DNA from: an uncultured Myxococcales bacterium
GTDB lineage: Bacteria; Myxococcota_A; UBA9042; DTJE01
Reading direction: 5' to 3'
NCBI GenBank assembly: GCA_903936705.1
Contig: CAIZWN010000068.1
Span: forward strand, 105,680 to 169,679
DNA: 64,000 nt
A program made the translations under genes and the position numbers. Every line of letters starts with the position of its first letter. The stretch's first letter is position 1. This document shows, in pieces, positions 9,931 to 20,162 of the stretch. A model generated the notes under the pieces. It did not search any database. It was not told where the DNA came from and saw only the letters and a list, made by a program, of their open reading frames with translations.

Positions 9931-12882
9931 TTGGTGAAGCGGCGGGACATTTCAATCGGTACGCAGACGGGGGTCGGCCTGTTCCTGATCCTGTCCATGG
10001 TTGCTGGCCTCGCCATCCTGTCTGCCATGCAGGGCTACTTGTTGTGGGGGCAGACCAGGGATCTGTACGAGCATCCATTGAAGGTTCGAAGCGCGCTGGG
10101 CGATTTGAGGACGGGCATCCTGGTCGCGGACCGTGGCGTACAGGGCTTGTTCGTGGTCGACACTGACGAAGTGCTGGCCACCGACTTGCAGGACGTCGAC
10201 GTTCACATTGCCGATGCTTCAAGGCAGTTCCAATTGATCCGAAGCGGTTACCTGGGGCCGTCCGTGGATGTCGATGATGCCAGCGATGCCTTTGCTCGGT
10301 GGATTGCCTCGCGCCATGAGACCATCCGGCTGCTGCGCACCGCAGAACGGGACGATGCCGCGGCGCGCAGTCGTAGTGGGGGTGCTGATGGCGTGCTGAT
10401 GGACGAACTGATGGCTCGCCTGGCAAAGATCGGCGACTTTGCCCTGCAGAAAGGGGATCAGTTCTATGTGGAAGCATTGGAGCGTCACGAATCGCTGAAC
10501 CGGCAATTGATCGGAATGATCGTCGCCATTCTGCTGCTGTCCATGCTGGTTGGCTGGGTCCTGATGAAGGCGATCAAGGAGCCAATCGCCGAGTTGACGG
10601 CTGCCGCCTTGGGGTTCAGGCATGGCCAGAGGGACGTCCGAGTCCGCTTTGCCTCGGCGAACGAACTGGGCGTACTCGCTGCGGCGTTCAACGACATGGC
10701 CGACCAGATCCAGGGCGAGGCGCTACGAAAGCAGAACGCGGCCGAGCTTGCGGACGTTCTGCTGCGCCAGATGGATCCGCGCGACTTCTGTCGCGAACTG
10801 CTTGCTGCGATCATGGTTCGGACCGGGTCGCAACTAGGTGCAGTGTACCTGCTGAACCAGGCCGGGACAGACTTCGAGTTGTTCGAGTCGGTCGGCATGA
10901 CCGTTGGCGGGCGGGCGTCCTTTTCGGCCTCGGGGATGGAAGGCGAGATTGGAGCGGCACTGGCGACGCGCCAGATCCAGCGTCTAAGCAGCATTCCTCC
11001 CGATACGCGCTTTGTTTATGCCGCGGCCAGCGGGCAGTTTCTTCCACGGGAAATTCTGACCATACCAATCGTGTCGGGCGACCTCGTAACCGCGGTCATC
11101 TCACTTGCCAGCCTGCGCGACTATCCGGAATCTGCGGTCTGCCTGGTCAATGATGTCTGGCTGGCAATGGCAGGTCGGCTGAACGCGATGCTGGACGAAC
11201 GGCGGATCCGTGCATTTGCGGTACGACTGGAGGAACAGAATCGCGAACTGGATCAGCAGACCACCGAACTGACCGGACAGAACACCGAACTTGAATTCCA
11301 GAAGCGACAACTGGACGAAGCCAATCGTTTGAAGAGCACCTTCCTGGCGAACATGAGCCACGAATTGCGCACGCCTCTGAACTCGGTGATCGCTCTGGCC
11401 GGGGTACTTGGTCGAAGGATGGTCGGGAAGTTGCCCGATGAGGAATTGGGATTCCTGGAAATCATCGGGCGCAACGGCAAGCACCTGCTGGCCTTGATCA
11501 ACGACATTCTGGATTTGTCTCGGATCGAGGCCGGCAAGGAGGAATTGAGGTTCGTCAGGTTCGACACAAGCGCCTTGGCTGCCGAGATCGTCGACATGGT
11601 TGGCCCCCAGGCGGCCGAGAAGGGGCTGGTCCTGCACAACCGGGTGGCCGCCGATCTGCCGCTGCTGGCAAGCGACCTGGACAAGTGCCGTCACATCCTG
11701 CAGAACCTGGTCGGCAACGCCGTGAAGTTCACTGAACAGGGAGAGATCGTCATCACGGCGACGGTCACTGGCGACAGGATGGCAATTGCAGTTGCCGATA
11801 CGGGTATTGGCATCCCGGAGGACCGGCTGGCGATCATCTTCGACGAGTTCCGTCAGGGCGACGACAGTACCTCGCGTCGCTATGGCGGCTCGGGGCTGGG
11901 CCTTGCAATAGCCCGCAGGTACGCCCGGCTGCTGGGAGGCGACGTATTGGTTTCCAGTGTTCCTGGAAGCGGCTCGCTGTTCACCTTGGACCTGCCGTTT
12001 ACGGATCGAGTATCCGACTTCGCCGATGCGCCAGCAACGACGGTCCCGCCGAGTCTTGGCCAGTTGCCGGCGGTTGCCGGCCAGGGGCAGGTCATTCTTC
12101 TGGTCGAGGACAGCGAACCGGCCATTGTTCAGATGACCGAAATTCTCCAGTCACAGGGGTATCGCGTCGATGTGGCCAGAAATGGCCGGGAAGGCATCGA
12201 GAGGCTTGCTGGAACCCTGCCGGACGCCATGATCCTCGATCTGATGATGCCTGATGTGGACGGATTCCAGGTGCTGCAGGAGATGCGCGCAGCTCCTAGG
12301 ACTCGTGAGGTGCCAGTGCTGATCCTGACAGCCAGGCACGTGTCCCGCGAGGAATTGAGCATTCTAAAGGGCAACCATATTCACCAGTTGATCCAGAAGG
12401 GGGACATTGACCGTTCGGGTCTGATGGCGGCCGTAGCAAGGATGGTTGCCCCCCTTGCAGCGGGAGCGCGGCAGGATCCGGCAACTCCGTTTTGCAAGCG
12501 TCGGCCGACCCGCCAGGGCAAGCCGCTGATTCTGGTGGTCGAGGACAATTTGGACAACATGCGAACCGCCAGGGCGCTGCTGGAAGACACCTACGAGATA
12601 ATCGAGGCAAGGGATGGCCAGTCCGCTGTCGACGAGGCCCGTCGGCGACTGCCGGACGTGATTCTGATGGACATCGCGTTGCCGGTTCTGGATGGCATCC
12701 AGGCGCTTGCCGTGCTGCGCCGCGACGAGATCCTGCGCGGCATCCCGGTGTTCGCAGTCACGGCCAGCGCGATGACTGGTGACCGCGAAAAAATCATGGC
12801 CCACGGCTTTGACGCCTACATATCCAAACCCATTGACCACGACCAGTTGATGAAGGCACTGTGCGAGGCGCTGGGAGGCTAG
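9931..12882 (+). CDS. Hybrid histidine kinase: 4HB sensor, HAMP, GAF, HisKA/HATPase, two REC domains
   Basis: FLANMSHELRTPL, NAVKFT, DTGIGI, GSGLGL; REC motifs VEDS/LDLMMP and VEDN/MDIALP. Confidence 0.93.
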   Translation: MVKRRDISIGTQTGVGLFLILSMVAGLAILSAMQGYLLWGQTRDLYEHPLKVRSALGDLRTGILVADRGVQGLFVVDTDEVLATDLQDVDVHIADASRQFQLIRSGYLGPSVDVDDASDAFARWIASRHETIRLLRTAERDDAAARSRSGGADGVLMDELMARLAKIGDFALQKGDQFYVEALERHESLNRQLIGMIVAILLLSMLVGWVLMKAIKEPIAELTAAALGFRHGQRDVRVRFASANELGVLAAAFNDMADQIQGEALRKQNAAELADVLLRQMDPRDFCRELLAAIMVRTGSQLGAVYLLNQAGTDFELFESVGMTVGGRASFSASGMEGEIGAALATRQIQRLSSIPPDTRFVYAAASGQFLPREILTIPIVSGDLVTAVISLASLRDYPESAVCLVNDVWLAMAGRLNAMLDERRIRAFAVRLEEQNRELDQQTTELTGQNTELEFQKRQLDEANRLKSTFLANMSHELRTPLNSVIALAGVLGRRMVGKLPDEELGFLEIIGRNGKHLLALINDILDLSRIEAGKEELRFVRFDTSALAAEIVDMVGPQAAEKGLVLHNRVAADLPLLASDLDKCRHILQNLVGNAVKFTEQGEIVITATVTGDRMAIAVADTGIGIPEDRLAIIFDEFRQGDDSTSRRYGGSGLGLAIARRYARLLGGDVLVSSVPGSGSLFTLDLPFTDRVSDFADAPATTVPPSLGQLPAVAGQGQVILLVEDSEPAIVQMTEILQSQGYRVDVARNGREGIERLAGTLPDAMILDLMMPDVDGFQVLQEMRAAPRTREVPVLILTARHVSREELSILKGNHIHQLIQKGDIDRSGLMAAVARMVAPLAAGARQDPATPFCKRRPTRQGKPLILVVEDNLDNMRTARALLEDTYEIIEARDGQSAVDEARRRLPDVILMDIALPVLDGIQALAVLRRDEILRGIPVFAVTASAMTGDREKIMAHGFDAYISKPIDHDQLMKALCEALGG

Positions 12883-12893
12883 AGAGGGGGACC

Positions 12894-14132
12894 GTGCACG
12901 CCGACAGACTGACGATTCTGGCCATAGATGACACCCCGGACAATCTCACGGTCCTTGGCGCCGTGCTGTCCGACGTCCTGCCAGGGTGCGTCCTTGTTAC
13001 CGCGCATGACGGCATCAAGGGGATCGAACTGGCGCTGGCCGAAGACCCGGACGTGATCCTCCTCGACATTGTCATGCCTGGAATGGACGGCTTCGAGACC
13101 TGCGCAAGGATCAAGAGCGACGACCGTCTGCGGGACATCCCCGTCGTTTTTCTGACCTCGCTGCGGACCGACCGGTTCAGTCGCATCAAGGCCGTCGATG
13201 TCGGCGCCGAGTCCTTTCTGGGCAAGCCCCTGGACGAGGTCGAACTGGTGGCCCAGATCCGTGTCATGGCAAAACTGAAGTCGGCTTCGCGCGCCCGGCG
13301 GCTGGAGCGTGACGAACTGGCCAGGCTCGTAGCCGATCGCACGCGGGCACTGGAACAGGAACTCGAGGGGCGAAAGCGGGTCGAAGCCGAGCTGCGGGAG
13401 CGGACGAAGGAGGTGCTGGAACAGAACGCCGAGCTGGAGAGGTTCACGTACACGGTATCGCACGACCTCAAGAGCCCGTTGGTGACAGTCAGGACCTTCC
13501 TGGGCTATCTCGAACAGGACCTGGAATCGCAGAATTCGGACCGTGTGGCGGCAGACATCAAGTTTGTCCTTGCCGCCACGAAGAAGATGAACTGCCTCCT
13601 TGACGATCTGTTGCGTCTGTCGCGTATCGGGGCAATGGTGGTTTCACCCGAGCATGTCCCACTGAAGGTGGTAGTCGCCGAAGTGCTGGAACTTCTGGCA
13701 GGACCTATCGCTCGGAGAGGCGTTTCCATCGAAGTTACCGACGAGCCGCTCATTCTTTCCGGCGATCGGCCTCGACTGGTGCAGCTGTTTCAGAATCTCC
13801 TGGAAAACGCGGTCAAGTACATGGGAACGCAGCCGATGCCATGCGTACATGTCGGCGTAAAGAAGATCTGGGGTCAGGACGCGTTCTTCGTGCGCGATAA
13901 CGGAATCGGTATCGATTCTCGACACGCTGGCAGGATTTTCGTACTCTTCGAGAAACTTGACCCCGATTCCGCTGGCACTGGGGTGGGACTGGCGCTGGTG
14001 CGGCGGATCGTGGAGGTCCACGGCGGTTCCATCTGGATGGAATCGGCCGGTGTCGGCCTGGGGACTACCTTCCTCTTCACCCTGGCGGGGACTTGCACGG
14101 CCGAAGCTCACCTAGGGGACAATTGTTCCTAG
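12894..14132 (+). CDS. REC-histidine kinase (response regulator fused to HisKA/HATPase)
   Basis: IDDTPDN, LLDIVMPGMDG, VSHDLKSPL, NAVKY, DNGIGI, GTGVGL; GTG start after GAGGGGG. Confidence 0.92.
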   Translation: MHADRLTILAIDDTPDNLTVLGAVLSDVLPGCVLVTAHDGIKGIELALAEDPDVILLDIVMPGMDGFETCARIKSDDRLRDIPVVFLTSLRTDRFSRIKAVDVGAESFLGKPLDEVELVAQIRVMAKLKSASRARRLERDELARLVADRTRALEQELEGRKRVEAELRERTKEVLEQNAELERFTYTVSHDLKSPLVTVRTFLGYLEQDLESQNSDRVAADIKFVLAATKKMNCLLDDLLRLSRIGAMVVSPEHVPLKVVVAEVLELLAGPIARRGVSIEVTDEPLILSGDRPRLVQLFQNLLENAVKYMGTQPMPCVHVGVKKIWGQDAFFVRDNGIGIDSRHAGRIFVLFEKLDPDSAGTGVGLALVRRIVEVHGGSIWMESAGVGLGTTFLFTLAGTCTAEAHLGDNCS

Positions 14133-15268
14133 TCCACTCGTTTGCTGAACCGCAGCCCGGCAGCGATCAGGATGACCACCCCGAACACCGCCAGCGCCGC
14201 GAAGTCAAAGGACAAATCGGACAGGGATGCGCCCTTCAGCAGGATGCCCCTGAGTATTTCGACGTAGTAGCGAATGGGGTTCAGGTAGGTCAGGGGCTGC
14301 AGCCAACGGGGCATGTTCTCGATGGGCGTCATTACGCCCGACAGCAGAATCCCGGGCATCATCACCGAGAAGGCAGCCAGGAAGGCCTGCTGCTGGGTCT
14401 TTGCAGCGACCGACAGGAACAGTCCCAGGCCGACAGTCGACAGGATGTACAGCAGCGTGCCAAGGGCCAGCAGCAGCAGTGACCCGCGCACCGGCACGTC
14501 GAAGACCCATGCGCCGACCGTCAGCACCAGCAGCACGTCAAAGCAGCCGATAATCACGAAGGGCAGGACCTTGCCGAGGATCAGTTCCCAGGCACGCAGG
14601 GGTGTCACGATCACCTGCTCCAGGGTTCCCAGTTCGCGCTCGCGAGCAAGGTTCATTGCCATGACGATTGTGGTCACGATCAGCAGGATCATAGCGGCAA
14701 CGCCAGGCACCATGAACAGGGCGCTTTTCATCCGCGGGTTGTAGAAGACTCGGACCTGTGGCAACGGTCGAGCGATGGTTCGTTCCACCTGCGTCAGGCC
14801 ACGAGCTAGCTCAAGGCGCTCGCGCATCACTCCGGCGGAAATCGCCTCGATGGCTGCAGTGGCGGATTCCCGGGCAAAGCGGCCATACAAGGGATTCGAG
14901 CCGTCAGCCAGGATCTGGATCGCGACATGATGACCCGACAAAAGGTCCGTTGCGTATCCTCTCGGGACCACCACGGCCACCTCGGCACGGTTCGACCGGA
15001 TGTCCTCGTGGGGGCGCAAGCAGTCGGTGGCAGGCCCGATGTCCAGAAACGACTGGTCGGCCGTCATCCGGCGCAGAAGTTCTCGTGACTCGGTGGTGCC
15101 GTCGAGATCGCATGTCACGGTCTTCAGGTGTTCGACCTCGAAATCGACGGCGAACCCGAAAATGATCAGTTGCATCACGGGTGCGATGATCAGCATCGGC
15201 ATCATCCGGCGGTCGCGGGAGACCTGCCGGATCTCCTTGCGCATCACGGCCATCAGCCCAGGTGTCAT
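14129..15268 (-). CDS. ABC-2 type transporter permease (YbhR-like)
   Basis: RKEIRQVSRD, ARERELGTLEQVIVTP, LSGVMTPIENMP; the ORF-track 5' extension is spurious. Confidence 0.92.
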   Translation of the reverse strand: MTPGLMAVMRKEIRQVSRDRRMMPMLIIAPVMQLIIFGFAVDFEVEHLKTVTCDLDGTTESRELLRRMTADQSFLDIGPATDCLRPHEDIRSNRAEVAVVVPRGYATDLLSGHHVAIQILADGSNPLYGRFARESATAAIEAISAGVMRERLELARGLTQVERTIARPLPQVRVFYNPRMKSALFMVPGVAAMILLIVTTIVMAMNLARERELGTLEQVIVTPLRAWELILGKVLPFVIIGCFDVLLVLTVGAWVFDVPVRGSLLLLALGTLLYILSTVGLGLFLSVAAKTQQQAFLAAFSVMMPGILLSGVMTPIENMPRWLQPLTYLNPIRYYVEILRGILLKGASLSDLSFDFAALAVFGVVILIAAGLRFSKRVD

Positions 15269-16422
15269 GCCACCCTCCGCCGGAAGCGTTTGGTCGCGAT
15301 TGCCAGGACCAATACCGAAAATACGGCCATCGCCAGCAGGTTGGGCCACAGCACGGAAAATCCGCTTCCCTTCAGCAGCACGCCACGCAGGAACGTCACG
15401 AAATATCGTGACGGGAATATCGACGCAATCACCTGCAAGGGCATGGGCATGCGTTCGACCGGAAACAGGAAGCCCGACAGCAGCAGCGAAGGCAGCAGCG
15501 AGGACAGCGCGCCAATCTGGGTGGCCACCTGCTGGCTGTGAGCAATCACCGAAATGAACAGGCCCTGTGAAAGAACAGCGACCAGGAACAGCAGCGTGCC
15601 TGCCGCCAGCAGAAAGGGGCTGCCGGCCAGCGGAAGGTCGAAGGCGACGGCGCCGACGGCCAGGACCAGCAATGCCTGCACGATGCCCATTGCCAGGTAG
15701 GGCAGCAGCTTGCCTAGTACCACGTCCAGACGGCCGACAGGTGTCGCGAACAACTGTTCCAGATTGCCTTGCTCCTCCTCGCGGGCCACCGTCAGCGCGG
15801 TAAGCAGGACTCCTGCGATTGCCAGGATGAACGCCATCAGACCGGGGACAAAGAAGATTGAGGACTTGAGTCCCGGGTTGTACAGCAGGGTCACACGGGC
15901 CTCGATGGGCGATGCAGCGGCGGGGCCTGCGATGCCGGCGGCCCAGTTCCTGAGCAGCGCGGACATCGTGCCCATCACGCCACCAGCCTTCGAACCGTCG
16001 CTGCCGTCCAGCAGGATCTGAAGGGGGGCCGAGCGCGCTGCCGCCAGATTGGCAGCAAACCCTGGCGGGATCACCAGGGCAGAGGACACCTCGTTTTTCC
16101 GGAACCAAGAGTCCACGTCGTCAGCACTATCGGGGGTAGCCGCCAGAAGAAATTCGCCGGAAGACGTCAGGGATTCCCGTAAATTCCGCGACACGGGCGT
16201 CCGGTCGTAGTCAACAACCGCCAATGGCGAGCGGTCCAGGTCGAAAGAGATTCCGTATCCGAAGATCAGCAGCAGGACCACCGGAAGTCCCAGCGCCACA
16301 TACAGGGTCATGGGGTCGCGCGACACATGGGCAACCTCCTTGCGCGACACGGCCAGGGTGCGGCGCAGAAAGCGGCGTACGCGATGGGAAACCTGCGTCC
16401 GAGGCGTGGGGGTCTTGTTCAT
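15265..16422 (-). CDS. ABC-2 type transporter permease (YbhS-like)
   Basis: RKEVAHVSRD, AREEEQGNLEQLFATP, LSGFLFPVERMP. Confidence 0.92.
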   Translation of the reverse strand: MNKTPTPRTQVSHRVRRFLRRTLAVSRKEVAHVSRDPMTLYVALGLPVVLLLIFGYGISFDLDRSPLAVVDYDRTPVSRNLRESLTSSGEFLLAATPDSADDVDSWFRKNEVSSALVIPPGFAANLAAARSAPLQILLDGSDGSKAGGVMGTMSALLRNWAAGIAGPAAASPIEARVTLLYNPGLKSSIFFVPGLMAFILAIAGVLLTALTVAREEEQGNLEQLFATPVGRLDVVLGKLLPYLAMGIVQALLVLAVGAVAFDLPLAGSPFLLAAGTLLFLVAVLSQGLFISVIAHSQQVATQIGALSSLLPSLLLSGFLFPVERMPMPLQVIASIFPSRYFVTFLRGVLLKGSGFSVLWPNLLAMAVFSVLVLAIATKRFRRRVA

Positions 16423-17339
16423 CCAAGGCCTCCCTGCACTACGGCAAGAAAGACGTCATCCAGCGTCGGTTCGGCCACCTCGACCTGCAAGGATGGCGCG
16501 ACATTGCGTGCTGCTGACAGGACCGCGGGCAGGTGCGTCGCATCGACCCGGACACGAATGCCGCCCCCAAGAGACTGGACTGCGTGGACACCCGGAAGCG
16601 GCCTGACTGCCGCGCCAAGGAGGGCGGAATTGCCGTGCAGGATTCGGATCTCGCCGGGGGCGTGGGCTGCCTTCAGTTCGGCAGGCGTGCCAAGCACGGC
16701 CAGGTGGCCGGCCACCATCAGACCGACCCGACGGCAGTACTCGGCTTCGTCCAGGTAGTGCGTGGTCAGGAACACAGTGACCCCGGTTGCGACGCGGCGG
16801 CGCACCAGCGACAGGAATTCGCGGCGTGCTGCGGGATCGACCCCAGCGGTGGGTTCGTCAAGAAACAGGATCCGGGGGTCGTGCAGCAGTGCGTTGGCCA
16901 AAGCGACGCGCTGTTGGCGCCCTCCCGGCAGCGAGGATGTCATGGCTCGTCGATGATCTTGCAGGCCGACCTCTTCGATGACCTTGTCGATGCTGTCCCG
17001 CAGGCGACGGCCCGATAGTCCGTAGGCGCCACCAAAGAAGTCGAGGTTCTCGGCGACGGTAAGATCCGTGTACAGCGAGAATTTCTGGGACATGTAGCCG
17101 ATGTGGCGCTTTACGGCTTCGGGATCCTTTGCGACGTCGAAGCCTGCCACCAGAGCCGTGCCGGTGGTCGGGGCCAGCAGCCCGCAAAGGATCCGAATTG
17201 TCGTGGATTTGCCGGCGCCGTTTGCTCCCAGGTAGCCGAAAATCTCGCCCTGGGGAACTTCGAATGAAACGTCCCGAACCGCGTGGAAATCCCCGAACGA
17301 GCGGCCAAGGTTCCTGCATTGGATGATGGCGTCGCTCAC
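16419..17339 (-). CDS. ABC transporter ATP-binding protein (YbhF C-half-like)
   Basis: GANGAGKST, YMSQKFSLY, LFLDEPT, TTHY. Confidence 0.94.
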   Translation of the reverse strand: MSDAIIQCRNLGRSFGDFHAVRDVSFEVPQGEIFGYLGANGAGKSTTIRILCGLLAPTTGTALVAGFDVAKDPEAVKRHIGYMSQKFSLYTDLTVAENLDFFGGAYGLSGRRLRDSIDKVIEEVGLQDHRRAMTSSLPGGRQQRVALANALLHDPRILFLDEPTAGVDPAARREFLSLVRRRVATGVTVFLTTHYLDEAEYCRRVGLMVAGHLAVLGTPAELKAAHAPGEIRILHGNSALLGAAVRPLPGVHAVQSLGGGIRVRVDATHLPAVLSAARNVAPSLQVEVAEPTLDDVFLAVVQGGLG

Positions 17340-18277
17340 GTCGCCTCCCCGCCAGGTTCCCGGGCTGCGCGGGAAAGGAACAGGTCCTCGAAACCAGGCG
17401 TCAAGCGACGGACGTTTGCCCCGGCCGCCTCGAGGTCGGCGGCTACGCGATCTGCCTCGCCGCCTTGCACCACGATCCGCAATCCCGAACCCAGTGGCGT
17501 CACGGCCTCTACGACGTCGCCCGCCTGTACCAGCGCGGACTCCAGCGCCTCCATCCCTTCGGGCGAGGCAGGTTCGACGCGCAATACAACGTCGGAGAAC
17601 CCTGCTACCAGGTCCGCCGGCCGGCCCTCCAGTACCAGTCGGCCACGGAAAGCCAGGCCGACCATCGAACAGCGCGCCGCCTCGTCCATGTACGATGTGG
17701 TCACCAGGATCGCCATTCCTTGCGACATGAAGTCGGCCAGAAGGTCCCAGAGCTCGCCGCGCGAAACAGGGTCCACTCCGTTGGTTGGTTCGTCCAGCAG
17801 CAGCAGGCTTGGCTGATGCAGCAGCGCGCAGGCCAGGGCCAGCTTCTTGTACATGCCGCCAGACAGCGCGTCGGCGCGCCGATCTCCGAAGGCAGCCAGG
17901 CGCGTGATGCCCAGAAGACGTTCGCGTCGCTGGTTGAAAGTCTTGCGATCAAGACAGAACAGGTCGCCGAAAAATTGCAGGTTCTCGTCTACCGACAAAT
18001 CACGGTACAGGCCGTATCGTTGCGGCATGTAGCCCAGTCGCTCGCGCACGCCCGACCCCGGTTCCAGCGGGTCCAGGCCGTCGATTCGTACGGTGCCCTC
18101 GTTGGCCTCAAGAAGTCCTGCCAGGGCGCGTACGGTGGTGGTCTTTCCGGCGCCGTCGGGACCAACCAGCCCGTACAACTGGCCAGGGCCGACCTCGAAG
18201 GACATGCCGTTCAGCGCGAGTGTCGCTCCGAAGTGGTGTTTCAGGCCTGACACGACGGCGATAGGTGTCGATTCCAT
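17336..18277 (-). CDS. ABC transporter ATP-binding protein (YbhF N-half-like)
   Basis: GPDGAGKTT, LSGGM, LLLDEPT; start MESTP overlaps the upstream stop. Confidence 0.93.
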   Translation of the reverse strand: MESTPIAVVSGLKHHFGATLALNGMSFEVGPGQLYGLVGPDGAGKTTTVRALAGLLEANEGTVRIDGLDPLEPGSGVRERLGYMPQRYGLYRDLSVDENLQFFGDLFCLDRKTFNQRRERLLGITRLAAFGDRRADALSGGMYKKLALACALLHQPSLLLLDEPTNGVDPVSRGELWDLLADFMSQGMAILVTTSYMDEAARCSMVGLAFRGRLVLEGRPADLVAGFSDVVLRVEPASPEGMEALESALVQAGDVVEAVTPLGSGLRIVVQGGEADRVAADLEAAGANVRRLTPGFEDLFLSRAAREPGGEAT

Positions 18278-19338
18278 CAGGATCCTGTCCCGCCCGCGTT
18301 TGTCGGCACCAGGCGGACCTCCACCGGCATTCCCACACGCAAGGCCCCGTCCGGGTTGTCCAAAGCCGCCTCGACAGCATAGACCAGTCGATCGCGATCG
18401 CTGCGTGTCTGGATGGTTCTGGGTGTGAATTCGGCCTCGGGTGAAACACGGCGGACGTGCCCCGTGAAGACCCGGTCCGGCCATGCATCGGCAACCACCT
18501 TGACCGCTTGCCCTGGGGCAACCTGCCCCAGGTCGGCGTTCGCCACGTAGAACGTGACTTTCGCGTCCCTGGCGTCGGTGATCTCGTAGAGCGTTGCGCC
18601 GGGCATTACCACCTCGCCGGGCTCCCTGGCCCGTACGGTCACCGTCCCGCTAACGGGTGCGACGATCCGGCATTCGGCCTGGAGCACCTTGGTTCGAGCC
18701 AGGGTTGCTTCGGCTGCGGCAACCTGGCCTTCGGCCACGCGCACCTGTTCGCCGGCCGCGGTGGCTTGCAAACTGGCGGCCTTGGCCTGTTCGCCAGCGG
18801 CGTCGGCCATTTCGACGGCGGCGGCCTTTCGTCGCGACAAATCCTCGGTAGCGGTGTCCAGGTTCTCGCGCTGGGCCGCTGCCATGACGCCGTCTGGCTC
18901 AAGGCGTGCCGCCCTGGCTGATTGCCGCCGGGCGTTCGTCGCCTGGGCTTCCACGGAACCTACGCTTGTCTTCTGGCTGCGGGCCTGCCGTTGTGCCGCC
19001 CTGCCCGAGAACGCCACTGCCTCGGCCTGGGTCCTTGCGACCAAGGTCTGGGCTCGCGCGGCATCCAGGCGCGCCTGGGTTTCGGCCACCAGAGAGTCCG
19101 GTTCGGAACAATCCAGGGTTGCCAGCAGTTGACCGCTAGTGACCATATCGCCTTCGCGGACCAGCATCGTTGAGATCCTGGCACCCAGGCGGGCCGACGC
19201 CTGGACGCGAGTTCCTTCGACTATCCCGGACGAGCCGGGAGGTCCCTTCTGCCGTTCGCCCTGACGCGTGACCTTCACGGCCAGCAGTGTCGCCAGGGCC
19301 ACGGTCAGCACGACCAGGACGATGATGAAGCGTTTCAT
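18277..19338 (-). CDS. HlyD-family periplasmic adaptor (YbhG-like)
   Basis: N-terminal TM, VREGDMV, IVAPVSGTV, AEFTPRTIQT, GMPVEV. Confidence 0.92.
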   Translation of the reverse strand: MKRFIIVLVVLTVALATLLAVKVTRQGERQKGPPGSSGIVEGTRVQASARLGARISTMLVREGDMVTSGQLLATLDCSEPDSLVAETQARLDAARAQTLVARTQAEAVAFSGRAAQRQARSQKTSVGSVEAQATNARRQSARAARLEPDGVMAAAQRENLDTATEDLSRRKAAAVEMADAAGEQAKAASLQATAAGEQVRVAEGQVAAAEATLARTKVLQAECRIVAPVSGTVTVRAREPGEVVMPGATLYEITDARDAKVTFYVANADLGQVAPGQAVKVVADAWPDRVFTGHVRRVSPEAEFTPRTIQTRSDRDRLVYAVEAALDNPDGALRVGMPVEVRLVPTNAGGTGS

Positions 19339-20003
19339 CAGGCAGTCTCCTCTTCCGGCGACTGGGCCGGTGTTGATGGCCCTTTCAGGATGCCGTGCAG
19401 GAAGATATCTGCCGCCGTAGCGGCAATGAGATTGATGACCTCGGGCGACCTAGGGCCGACGATCTGGGAGGCCACCGGGTAGGCCAGTTGGTAGAACATC
19501 AGCGGACCCATCATGACGACAAGCGATGCTCGGAGGTCAACGTCCCGCAGCATCCCACGGTCCTTGGCGTGCTGCAGAACAGCAAGAGCAGCCGACTGGT
19601 TCAGGCGCACAGGCTCCAGCAGATCGGCCACGACGGGGCTGTCCTCTCGCAGCAGTTCGGCGAAAATCAGCCGGAAGAAATGGCTGTTGGAATCAAGTTG
19701 ATGGGCCATTTTCATGATGAATTCACGCAGGCGTTGGGGTGACGGAGCCCCACCGGAATCCATGGAAATAATCAGTTCACGGATGGCTTCGATGTGCGGC
19801 CGGACAACCTCGCGCAGCAGGCCTTCCTTCGAACCGAAGTAGTACTTGATCAGTGAAAGGTTGCATCCCGCCTTGGCTGCTATGGCGCGGGTACTGGTTC
19901 CGCGGAAGCCGTGGGCGGTGAATAGATCTCGGCTGGCGTCCAACAGACGCGACCGGGTGTCATCGTCCCTGCGTGGTGTCGTTTTTGGGCTTCTAGATGT
20001 CAT
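19338..20003 (-). CDS. TetR/AcrR-family regulator (CecR/YbiH-like)
   Basis: HTH LLDASRDLFTAHGFRGTSTRAIAAKAGCNLSLIKYYFGSKEGL; start 20003 or 20039. Confidence 0.92.
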   Translation of the reverse strand: MTSRSPKTTPRRDDDTRSRLLDASRDLFTAHGFRGTSTRAIAAKAGCNLSLIKYYFGSKEGLLREVVRPHIEAIRELIISMDSGGAPSPQRLREFIMKMAHQLDSNSHFFRLIFAELLREDSPVVADLLEPVRLNQSAALAVLQHAKDRGMLRDVDLRASLVVMMGPLMFYQLAYPVASQIVGPRSPEVINLIAATAADIFLHGILKGPSTPAQSPEEETA

Positions 20004-20037
20004 CGCCGGATGATTCCACTTTCTGTCGGTGGTTGTC

Positions 20038-20053
20038 AATCAAACGATTGATT
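20038..20053. promoter_or_regulatory. Putative TetR operator palindrome AATCAA-ACGA-TTGATT
   Basis: AT-rich inverted repeat with 6-bp arms directly upstream of tetR in GC-rich DNA. Confidence 0.7.
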
Positions 20054-20162
20054 ACTTGCGGCGGATGGTGCTGTCTGGAACAAATCCCAGTCTTGCCCTG
20101 TCCTGCGGTCTCCGTACAATCGGGCGCACGGTCGGCAACTTCGGCCGAAGGAGGCAGGCAAC

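Noticed and set aside
15269-16108. 5' extension of the 659-aa permease ORF
   Set aside because: Overlaps the upstream permease in another frame; the real start is at 15268.
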